DNA of 64,000 nucleotides from an uncultured Acidobacteriaceae bacterium (GCA_963721155.1 CAVRID010000017.1:863-64862), one strand, 5' to 3'; positions 37,918-45,957 are shown, counted from the stretch's first letter. The notes: generated by a model from the letters alone, not told the origin. Made by a program: numbers and translations.

Positions 37918-38988
37918 ATGATTCTTCTCAAATCGGAAGTCGCCGCGAATCTTGACGGCACACTGCCTGGCGTCCGTCGTGCGCTTCAGCAAGCTATCGA
38001 GTTGGAGCACGCGACGTTGCCCACCTATTTGTACGCGCTTTACTCGCTCAAGCCAGACACGAACGAGCGCATCGCCACTCTGATGCTCTCCGTGATCATG
38101 GAAGAGATGCTCCACATGGCGCTCTCTTGCAACATCCTCAACGCCGTGGGTGGACATCCAGTAATCGACAAGGCCGATTTTATTCCGGCGTATCCAGGCC
38201 CGTTGCCGGGCGGGATCGAGTCCAACCTCGAAGTGCCGTTGGCCCCTTTCTCCCTGGCTTTGATTGAAAACGTCTTCATGGTGATTGAAGAACCGGAAGA
38301 TCCACAGCATTTCCCGGTGAAAACAGAGGCGCTGGCGGCCGAAGCGCAAATGACCATTGGTCAGTTCTACGACCGCCTCAAGCGTTGCATTATCGAACTG
38401 TCGGAGAAGGGCAACATATTCACGGGCAATGCAAGCTATCAATTGACGAAGGGCTTGCCGGGATTGATCGCGGTTCACGACGTAAGTACGGCTTCTGATG
38501 CCATCGATACGATCGTGCGGCAAGGGGAAGGCACGCACACATCTCCACTCGATCCGCAGCACACGCCAGCACATTACTATCGTTACGCCGAGATCTTTTA
38601 TGGAAAGACACTGGTACCGAACACGACTCCTCCGCCGGACTTCGCCTATGCAGGCGAGGCGATACCGTTCGATCCCGACGGTGTCTATCCGGTAGTAACA
38701 AATCCGGCTCTGGATGGCTACGCGCCGAAGTCGGCGGCCTCCTTCAACAACGACACGTTCAATTACACTTACACAAGCCTGCTCTGTACGCTTCACATCC
38801 TCTTCAATGGCCATCCTGACCGGCTGATCGCGGCCATCGGCTTGATGGAGTCGCTCAAGGAGCTAGCGTTCGCAATGATGTCGGCGATTCCGGCGGGGCC
38901 AGCCGTGCCAGGCCTTAATGCGGGACCCAGCTTCCAGTACAATCCCACGAATCCTCCTGGATCGTCTAAAGCTATTAAAGAGAACTAA
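37918..38988 (+). CDS. Ferritin-like domain protein of the VioB/RebD C-terminal type (F1)
   Basis: Two ExxH motifs are present in 'ALQQAIELEHATLPTYLYALYS' and 'IMEEMLHMALSCNILNAVGG'. 'QGEGTHTSPLD...HYYRYAEIFYG' is also present. Confidence 0.75.
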   Translation: MILLKSEVAANLDGTLPGVRRALQQAIELEHATLPTYLYALYSLKPDTNERIATLMLSVIMEEMLHMALSCNILNAVGGHPVIDKADFIPAYPGPLPGGIESNLEVPLAPFSLALIENVFMVIEEPEDPQHFPVKTEALAAEAQMTIGQFYDRLKRCIIELSEKGNIFTGNASYQLTKGLPGLIAVHDVSTASDAIDTIVRQGEGTHTSPLDPQHTPAHYYRYAEIFYGKTLVPNTTPPPDFAYAGEAIPFDPDGVYPVVTNPALDGYAPKSAASFNNDTFNYTYTSLLCTLHILFNGHPDRLIAAIGLMESLKELAFAMMSAIPAGPAVPGLNAGPSFQYNPTNPPGSSKAIKEN

Positions 38989-39037
38989 AGCGGCGCACAC
39001 TGTGTGTATCAGACCTTGGAACCAGCGCGGTTGACCT

Positions 39038-41008
39038 ATGATGTTCGGCCGTCTTCAGTTTCTGATTGTCGTCCTATATTTGGTCGCCTTTGTGCCGTTA
39101 TGCCAGGCCCACACGCCGACCGAGCCTCCCTCTCCGCAAAGCAAGGATGATTCAGCGTCCAGCAAAACGACTCCTAACCCTCCGAGCACCACTAAGCCTA
39201 CTCTCGTGACTGTCGTCACCGTCACTGGTGAACCTCTGACCGTCTCGCTGGCTCCAGCCTCGGCCAGTGTGGTTGATGACGAAGAGATGAGGGACGCTCA
39301 CGCACTCACTTCCGCCGATATCATGCGCGCTGTGCCGTTCGTCAACCTTGCACAAAATGGCAGCGCCGGTTCTCTCAGCACCATCACGATTCGCGGAGGC
39401 AAGCCCAATCAGGTGCTGGTGATGATCGACGGTATCCCGGCGAACGATCTAAGCAACCTGCTCGGAGGGGCCTTCGATTTCTCCAGCCTACTCACTCATG
39501 ATGTCGAGCAGATTGAGGTGGTAAGCGGTCCATTATCTTCCGGCTACGGTTCAGAAGCCATGAGCGGGGTTGTCAATGTGATCACGAAGCCCACGCATTA
39601 CGAATCTAACCTCAGCGGCGGCATGGAGACTGGATCGTTCGGCACCGCGGGGGTGAACCTTGGAGCGGAAGGACTGAAAGGCCGGCTGGGATACAAGTTG
39701 TCGGGATCGTTTTTGCGGGTAGGGGAGCAAGTGGAATCCGACGCTTTCTCCACCAGCACGTTTTCCGTAGCCTCAGACTACGCTCACAGTTCGAACACCA
39801 TTGTGAGTTGGACGGCGCGGTGGATCCAATTCGACCGCTCAGGTCTCCCCGAAGGTGGAGGAGGGCCTGAGTTGTCAATCCTCAGAATCCCCAAGACCAG
39901 CAACTCCGGCAACATCCTGGGCGGCTTTGAAGTGCAACATCATTTCAACGATCTCTGGACGGTCAACATCGACGCCGATGTTTTCACGAGAGGTGAGCAC
40001 GCTTACACGCCCCCGATTCTCGATAGTCCTCATCCTTCCCCGGCATCGCAGCCCAGCACCGACACTTACACCCGGTTCACCCGTTCGCGGATGACTCTGC
40101 AGAACGTGTTCAACTTCAAGCCTAAGCTGCAAGGCCATTTCAATGTGCAAGGCGCGGACGAACTTGGATACAACAACACACTTATCCAAGCAGTTTATCC
40201 GTCGCACTTCAGCGAAAACAGGGGCATCTTTAATGCCAACGGCGATCTCGTTTACTCCACGCCAAGAATGACCGGAATGGTGGCCCTCGGGATCAATAAG
40301 ACTGCGGGATTCAACGTGCAGCTTGCGCCGCGGGTTGGCGCCGCTGTGCCGGCCGGAAAAAATACGATCATCAAGGCAAGTTGGGGGCAAGCCTTTCAGG
40401 TGCCTTCTTTGTATGCGCTCGGCAACCCTAACGTTGGCAATCCAAATCTCCAGCCGGAGAAACTGACGGGCATGGATGCAGGGGTGCAGCATCGTTTCGG
40501 CGAGAGATTTACTGTGTCGGGGACCTATTACTACAACCTCTTCTCAAACCTCATCGATTTCAGCTCGGTCGCTTTTCGCTTAGTCAATCGGTCACACGTG
40601 CGTACTGAAGGGGCCGAAACGGCAGTGTCATTAGCAGCACGCTGGATACAAGTGAGGGCCTGGGGATCATTTCTTGATTGGCAGATCGAGCCTGCAGGTG
40701 AGCCGTTGCGCGACCAGCCTGACTGGCAGGCCGGGTTCAGCCTCGATGCTAAGTTTCCCAAACAGATCAGAGCGTCCAGCACTACATTATGGGTGGGCAG
40801 GAGGTATGACTTCCAAGTACCTGCACCAACCATTCCCACCGTAGGAGGGTATTCCACGACAAACTTGGTAGCCGGATACTACGGGTTTCGGCATACCTCC
40901 CTATATGCCAGGATTGACAACCTTTTCAATGCGCGATTTCACGAATATCTTGGCTTTCCCAACCCCGGCATAGCCGCGCAAGTAGGCATTCAGTATCGCT
41001 TGCGATGA
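39038..41008 (+). CDS. TonB-dependent outer-membrane receptor
   Basis: The signal peptide is 'FLIVVLYLVAFVPLCQA'. A plug motif 'ITIRGGKPNQVLVMIDGIPAND' is followed by a ~500-aa beta-barrel region. Confidence 0.85.
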   Translation: MMFGRLQFLIVVLYLVAFVPLCQAHTPTEPPSPQSKDDSASSKTTPNPPSTTKPTLVTVVTVTGEPLTVSLAPASASVVDDEEMRDAHALTSADIMRAVPFVNLAQNGSAGSLSTITIRGGKPNQVLVMIDGIPANDLSNLLGGAFDFSSLLTHDVEQIEVVSGPLSSGYGSEAMSGVVNVITKPTHYESNLSGGMETGSFGTAGVNLGAEGLKGRLGYKLSGSFLRVGEQVESDAFSTSTFSVASDYAHSSNTIVSWTARWIQFDRSGLPEGGGGPELSILRIPKTSNSGNILGGFEVQHHFNDLWTVNIDADVFTRGEHAYTPPILDSPHPSPASQPSTDTYTRFTRSRMTLQNVFNFKPKLQGHFNVQGADELGYNNTLIQAVYPSHFSENRGIFNANGDLVYSTPRMTGMVALGINKTAGFNVQLAPRVGAAVPAGKNTIIKASWGQAFQVPSLYALGNPNVGNPNLQPEKLTGMDAGVQHRFGERFTVSGTYYYNLFSNLIDFSSVAFRLVNRSHVRTEGAETAVSLAARWIQVRAWGSFLDWQIEPAGEPLRDQPDWQAGFSLDAKFPKQIRASSTTLWVGRRYDFQVPAPTIPTVGGYSTTNLVAGYYGFRHTSLYARIDNLFNARFHEYLGFPNPGIAAQVGIQYRLR

Positions 41009-41111
41009 AAGGAATGCGATCGATCTCCATAGAATTGGTCTAGACGGGACGTCTTTCTTACGGGATACTCGTTAGCAATTTCGGATATTGCATCTGCGGC
41101 CTCGAGCACTC

Positions 41112-42152
41112 ATGATCCGGCTGAAACCACAACTATTCGCAGACCTGGACGGCACCGTAGAAGGATTGCGCCGGGCGTTGCAGAACGCGATAGAACTTGA
41201 GCACGCGACGATTCCTACTTATCTGTATGCGCTCTATTCGATTAAACCGGGAACTAACCAGGAGATTGCCGGCCTGATCAAATCGATCGTATCGGAAGAG
41301 ATGCTGCACATGGCGCTGGGCTGCAATATTCTCAATGCGCTTGGCGGCGCGCCGAAGATCGACGACCCCTGCTCCTTGCCAAAATATCCCGGGCCGCTTC
41401 CAGGCGGCGTGGAAAGTGACCTGATCGTGCCCCTGGCGCCATTTTCAAAGCAACTGGTGCAGGACACCTTCATGGTGATTGAAGAACCGGAAGAGCCGCT
41501 TCAATTTCCGGTTCGGGATTTTGCCGCGCTCAGCGTCGAAGAGCAGGTGACTATCGGCCAGTTCTACGCGAAAATCATCGAGCAGATTAAACAGCTCTCG
41601 GATGGGATTTTTACGGGTGATCCCAATAGGCAATTGACCACCGGGTTCAAGCCGCTCCAACAGATTCAGGTCAATAGCGTCGACACCGCGGTTGCGGCCA
41701 TTCAACTTATCATGCAACAGGGTGAAGGCACGACAACTTCTCCTCTGGCTCCGGGGCGAGAGCCAGCGCATTATTACCGCTTTGCGGAAATCTACTATGG
41801 CAGAAAGCTGATCCGTAATCCCGAGACGGCAACCGGGGCGCTGGAGTTCGTGTACGGGGGCCACAAGATCGAGTTCGATCCAGCGGGAGTCTCGCCCGTG
41901 ATCTCGAATCCGAACCGAAACACCTACGCTCCCGAATCGAAAGCGCGAAGTCTTAATGACGCGTTCAATCACACCTACACCGGCCTGCTGAAATCGCTGC
42001 AACTTGTCTTTAATGGAGAACCGGATCGACTCGGACCGGCTATCGGGCTGATGGAAGCGATGAAGGAACAGGCGCAGGTGATGATGTCAACCCAAACGGT
42101 TCAAGGCCAAACAGCTGGGCCCAGTTTTGAATACAGCCCGGTGAGTCCATAG
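41112..42152 (+). CDS. Ferritin-like domain protein of the VioB/RebD C-terminal type (F2, paralogue of F1)
   Basis: It is colinear with F1, with 'ALQNAIELEHATIPTYLYALYS', 'VSEEMLHMALGCNILNALGG' and 'QGEGTTTSPL...HYYRFAEIYYG'. Confidence 0.75.
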   Translation: MIRLKPQLFADLDGTVEGLRRALQNAIELEHATIPTYLYALYSIKPGTNQEIAGLIKSIVSEEMLHMALGCNILNALGGAPKIDDPCSLPKYPGPLPGGVESDLIVPLAPFSKQLVQDTFMVIEEPEEPLQFPVRDFAALSVEEQVTIGQFYAKIIEQIKQLSDGIFTGDPNRQLTTGFKPLQQIQVNSVDTAVAAIQLIMQQGEGTTTSPLAPGREPAHYYRFAEIYYGRKLIRNPETATGALEFVYGGHKIEFDPAGVSPVISNPNRNTYAPESKARSLNDAFNHTYTGLLKSLQLVFNGEPDRLGPAIGLMEAMKEQAQVMMSTQTVQGQTAGPSFEYSPVSP

Positions 42153-42160
42153 GTACGTTC

Positions 42161-43876
42161 ATGAGTAAAACGGATTGGTGGATGTACCACGGCGACGCCG
42201 CCCACACAGGGCTAGCGAAAGGTAGCCGAATAAACGCCCGCAATGCCGGGGAACTCAAGCTACTACATGACATCGATCTCCCGGGTCCGGTTCTTTCAGT
42301 GCCTGCGTTGGTGGATGGCTTCGTTTATGTGGGGCTCGCGAACAGCCACGACGCTCCTGGTGCGAATGGCGGACAGCTACTGAAAATCGACGTGACAACC
42401 GGTCAGACTGTCGCCAAATTTGAATGGGCAATCGACCCAGCGGACGGCGATAGTCACGGCTTCATGGGCATGGGCTGCACACCAGCAGTGATCACGAACC
42501 CAGCTGACGGGAAGGTCAACGTTTATTTCAGCGCCTTTAATGGCAAGCTCTACTGCCTGGCCGCCAGCGACTTGGAACCGGTCTGGGTCACAGACCTGAG
42601 AAACGCTGACCCTGCGCACAACCAACCGGTCTCGAACGTCGGGCCTGGCGCACCTCCGGCCGCAGGATGGAGTTCGCCGGTGGTCGCTACCGATGTTCTG
42701 AATGGTTGCGTCTTCGTCGGCATGGGGGAAGGCGAAAATCCCGCTCTGTTTGGCTTCGTTTTTTGTTTGGATATGACGACCGGCAACGTTAACTGGATGT
42801 ATTGCACCTGCCAATTTCAGGAAGGCATTGCCAATCGACCAAACGTTCTACCGCCTGCGGTCGTGAAGGGCGAACTCCCCTGGCCGTTTAGCGTCGGGCC
42901 TGTGAACCCGACGATTCGCGGATGCTCCGTGTGGTCTTCCATCGCATACGACGATTTGCTTGATCGCCTCTATTGTGCGACGGGCAACCCGGTGCCCGAC
43001 ACCACGTTACCCTCCAAGGGTTTTTCGAACGGCATTCTTGCCCTTGACGCAACCAGCGGAGAGTTCAGGGGATTCTTCCAGGCACCGCCGGAGAGCAGCT
43101 ATCGCGACACCGATGTTGACGTAGATTTCGGCGGCTCTCCAGTGCTGTTTACAAAGAACGGACGCCGATTTGTGGCCGCCGGATGCAAGAATGGCGGCTT
43201 CTTCGTGCTGGATGCGGTTACGATGGAATTAGCTGGTTGGCGACAACTGTTGCCGTACTACAACGACGGGAAGCGGATTCCGTCCGTAGATCCGCATATC
43301 GGACCCAATGATCCGCGGCTTGATCCGCTCGTACCGAACCGCATGTCGGAAGGCGAGGACCAGGAGAACTATTCTGGAACCTACAGCACCCCAGCTATCC
43401 ACGAAGATCTCGGCCGGATCTTCATTGGAATCGGTGGCAACAACTACCACAATGTGCAGGCGGGGATCGACTGCGCAACCACTCCGTTCCTTCGCGTCAT
43501 GGATTGGCAAACGCTTGACGATGCCTGGGAAATGGACAACAGCAATCCCAGGCTGTATGTCCACGCTCAGCCGCCCATGTATCGAACCCCTGGAGAGTCT
43601 GGCCTGAGTTCGCCCGCAGTGGTTAACGACGTTGTCTTTTTTTCTACGTCGAAAATCGCTTTATACGCTTTCGATGCCTGGAGCGGGAAGCCGCTATGGG
43701 AAGACCAATTGGGTGAGCAGACGGGTGGGATGAACGGCGGGTATGGATACTGCCTCGGCCCGGCCATTTGGAGCGATTTCGTTGTAGCAGGGGCGCTCGT
43801 ATTTGGCAAGCGCGGTGGGGTACTGCGGATTTATGCACTGCCCGACCGCGAAAGCCGTAAGTCAGGTGGCCAATGA
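42161..43876 (+). CDS. PQQ-like (BamB-type) beta-propeller repeat protein (B2, paralogue of the B1 C-terminal part)
   Basis: Motifs include 'WWMYHGDAAHTG', 'DGFVYVGL', 'GKLYCLAASDLEPVW' and 'SSPAVVNDVVFFSTSKIALYAFDAWSGKPLW'. No signal peptide is evident. Confidence 0.75.
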   Translation: MSKTDWWMYHGDAAHTGLAKGSRINARNAGELKLLHDIDLPGPVLSVPALVDGFVYVGLANSHDAPGANGGQLLKIDVTTGQTVAKFEWAIDPADGDSHGFMGMGCTPAVITNPADGKVNVYFSAFNGKLYCLAASDLEPVWVTDLRNADPAHNQPVSNVGPGAPPAAGWSSPVVATDVLNGCVFVGMGEGENPALFGFVFCLDMTTGNVNWMYCTCQFQEGIANRPNVLPPAVVKGELPWPFSVGPVNPTIRGCSVWSSIAYDDLLDRLYCATGNPVPDTTLPSKGFSNGILALDATSGEFRGFFQAPPESSYRDTDVDVDFGGSPVLFTKNGRRFVAAGCKNGGFFVLDAVTMELAGWRQLLPYYNDGKRIPSVDPHIGPNDPRLDPLVPNRMSEGEDQENYSGTYSTPAIHEDLGRIFIGIGGNNYHNVQAGIDCATTPFLRVMDWQTLDDAWEMDNSNPRLYVHAQPPMYRTPGESGLSSPAVVNDVVFFSTSKIALYAFDAWSGKPLWEDQLGEQTGGMNGGYGYCLGPAIWSDFVVAGALVFGKRGGVLRIYALPDRESRKSGGQ

Positions 43877-44427
43877 TCGCGACGCTCCTGCTGTTCGGCG
43901 TTTTGGCCGGCCTGGACAACTTACAGGTCTGCTCTTCCATCGGGCTGCTTCCCCTGTCCAGAGTGCGCATGCGTTTATTGGCGGTGGGCTTCATGGTGTG
44001 CGAGATTGCTGCGCCACTGGCGGGATTTCTAATTGGCCATGCGGCACTGGCGCTAGTCAAGCCTTATGCCCGGATGGCTGGGCCGTTAATGACGATGCTG
44101 TGTGGCGCCGCGGTTTTGGCGGCGGCGCTATGGGGCGAGCGCGAAACTGATTCAGTGAAAGCTAACCGCTTCCTCCTTGGGCTGCCTCTTTCGTTGAGTC
44201 TTGACAATGTCGTGGCTGGGGCAGGGGTGAGTTCTATGCATTGTGACGCTTGGACAGCGGCTCTGTCCATCGGGCTGGTGAGCGGCGGAATGTCGTGCGT
44301 AGGGCTTTACGGAGCAGCGTTGTTGCGCCATTCGTTCCAACGGATAATACCGATTCGCGTCGAACCGCTGATGGGCGCATACCTGTGTGCACTGGCGGTG
44401 CGCATGTTGCTGGTGGGCAGGGCCTAG
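43873..44427 (+). CDS. MntP/YtaF-like (DUF204 x2) membrane protein, putative Mn2+/metal exporter
   Basis: Two DUF204-type motifs, 'AGLDNLQV' and 'SLSLDNVVAGAGV', align by eye with E. coli MntP 'SMDAFA' and 'SLDAMAVGVG'. A TM2 Glu lies in 'VCEIAAPLAG'. There is a 4-nt overlap with the upstream gene. Confidence 0.55.
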   Translation: MIATLLLFGVLAGLDNLQVCSSIGLLPLSRVRMRLLAVGFMVCEIAAPLAGFLIGHAALALVKPYARMAGPLMTMLCGAAVLAAALWGERETDSVKANRFLLGLPLSLSLDNVVAGAGVSSMHCDAWTAALSIGLVSGGMSCVGLYGAALLRHSFQRIIPIRVEPLMGAYLCALAVRMLLVGRA

Positions 44428-44429
44428 CG

Positions 44430-45896
44430 ATGGTACCAGTCGCGGATGGTCTGGATTTTCCTACCAGCGTGGTCATCAACCCTCGAGGCTCGATCTTTGT
44501 TGCCGAGTCCGGATTGCCGTTCGACGGGGCGCTGGTCGGAGGCGTTGTTTCCGAAGTATTTCCCGACGGTAGCCGCGCACCTCTCGCAGAGGGTCTCAGA
44601 CCACCAGTCAATGGGCTGGCGTGGCATGAAGGATCGCTGATTGTCTCGGAGGGTGGAACTCCGGGGCGCATCAGCCGCCTTGACCCCGAAACCCGCGAGC
44701 GTTCGACTATTCTCGACGGACTGCCAGGATTCGGAAATTATCACACCAATATGGCGGTGCCCGGTCTCGACGGCAGGCTTTATTTCAGCCAGGGTGCAAT
44801 GACTAATAGCGGTGTCATTGGACCCGACTCCTGTGATCTGGCATGGCTTCGCGAATTGTCACACAACTGCGATGTGCCGGGCTACGATATCACCTTGGCC
44901 GCTTTCGAGGCCGAGACCCCCGATCCGCGTTCTTCGGTTGGTGCACGGGTGCGAACCGGCGGCTTTTCTCCCTTTGGTACATCGGCTGCAGGCCGCCGAA
45001 TTGCCGGGCAAGTCCCGTGTACTGCATCAGTCATGCGTTGTGATTCAGACGGTTCCCACCTGGAGGTTGTGGCCTGGGGACTGCGCAACGCTTACGGCCT
45101 CGGGTTCCTTCCCGATGGACGCCTGATCGCGATAGATCAGGGCGCTGACATGAGAGGGAGCCGTCCGATTGCGAATTGTCCCGATTTCCTGTACGAGGTA
45201 CGCAAAGGCGCCTGGTATGGATGGCCCGATTTCTATGGAGGAAGTCCAGGGACGGACCCCGCGGATTTCATTCTTGCAAATCATGAAGAACTTCCGCCTC
45301 CCGAATTCGCGCTGGTCGAATTCAAACCCAACTCCTGCGCTGTGAAATTTGCGATCGTCCCCAACGGCTTGCCTCATGCGGGCGACCTGATTGTCGCACT
45401 TTTCGGGGACGAGAAGCCAATGGCCGCACCAGAAGGTCCGCGTGTCGGGCGCGAATTAGTCCGCGTTTCGCCGTGCGACTGGTCATTGCACCCGGTTGCA
45501 CCGGTGTCTCTGCGGCGTCCGATCGATATTGCGTTCTGCCCGCGTTCGAAAGCGGCTTACGTTCTGGATTTCGGAGAGTTTGAGATGACAGGAGGCGGGG
45601 GAACTACTGCCCGTGCAGGGAGTGGCTGCCTTTGGAGGCTGCCGCCGAGCTTTATGGAGGTACAAATGGATTCGTCAGTTTCTTTCGAAAAAGACATCGT
45701 TCCTATTTTTCGGCAGTTCCGTGGCGCGATGATGTGGCGGTTCGACCTGACAAGGTTCGAGGACGTCAAGTCAAATGCGGCGGCAATCTACGCCCAGATA
45801 TCTTCGAACTTGATGCCTCTCCCGCCCTTCCCGCCCCTCACGAAAACACAGATTTCCCAATTCAAGGCGTGGATGGACAACGGCTTTCCTGAGTAA
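44430..45896 (+). CDS. Soluble glucose/sorbosone dehydrogenase-like (SGDH) beta-propeller with an extra ~75-aa C-terminal domain
   Basis: ATG at 44430 lies 3 nt after the upstream stop. 'GLRNAYGLGFLPDGRLIAIDQGAD' is SGDH-like. The C-terminal module is 'DIVPIFRQFRGAMMWRFDLTRFEDVKSNAAAIY...MPLPP' (nt 45666-45893). Confidence 0.65.
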   Translation: MVPVADGLDFPTSVVINPRGSIFVAESGLPFDGALVGGVVSEVFPDGSRAPLAEGLRPPVNGLAWHEGSLIVSEGGTPGRISRLDPETRERSTILDGLPGFGNYHTNMAVPGLDGRLYFSQGAMTNSGVIGPDSCDLAWLRELSHNCDVPGYDITLAAFEAETPDPRSSVGARVRTGGFSPFGTSAAGRRIAGQVPCTASVMRCDSDGSHLEVVAWGLRNAYGLGFLPDGRLIAIDQGADMRGSRPIANCPDFLYEVRKGAWYGWPDFYGGSPGTDPADFILANHEELPPPEFALVEFKPNSCAVKFAIVPNGLPHAGDLIVALFGDEKPMAAPEGPRVGRELVRVSPCDWSLHPVAPVSLRRPIDIAFCPRSKAAYVLDFGEFEMTGGGGTTARAGSGCLWRLPPSFMEVQMDSSVSFEKDIVPIFRQFRGAMMWRFDLTRFEDVKSNAAAIYAQISSNLMPLPPFPPLTKTQISQFKAWMDNGFPE

Positions 45897-45957
45897 AACG
45901 AATTTCTTTCCGCGCACCGAGGCGAGACCGTCCAGAACTTCCCGGAAAGGCTGGCCT

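Noticed and set aside
36004-38814. A 936-aa ORF on the minus strand spanning A3 and F1
   Set aside because: It is antisense to two + strand genes that have paralogues in the window and clear conserved motifs. Its product is Arg-rich and low-complexity ('RRRSRVRYQ', 'GRRRPYRSY') with no motif. This is a typical GC-rich antisense artefact.
37918-42152. Ferritin-like proteins as encapsulin cargo
   Set aside because: No HK97-fold shell gene (~270-470 aa encapsulin) was recognised nearby. The ferritin-like sequences match the VioB/RebD C-terminal type rather than Flp/EncFtn cargo.
44250-44429. The N-terminal 60 codons of ORF 44250..45896
   Set aside because: They overlap the MntP-like gene in another frame and are Arg-rich. 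The ATG at 44430, right after the upstream stop, begins the conserved 'MVPVADGLDFPTSVV' propeller sequence.
29097-45896. Canonical violacein or indolocarbazole biosynthetic cluster
   Set aside because: No VioA/RebO/StaO-type FAD amino-acid oxidase, VioE, VioC/VioD monooxygenase, StaP/RebP P450 or glycosyltransferase is present in the cluster. The VioB-like enzyme is also split and multiplied. It is therefore not a standard bisindole pathway.
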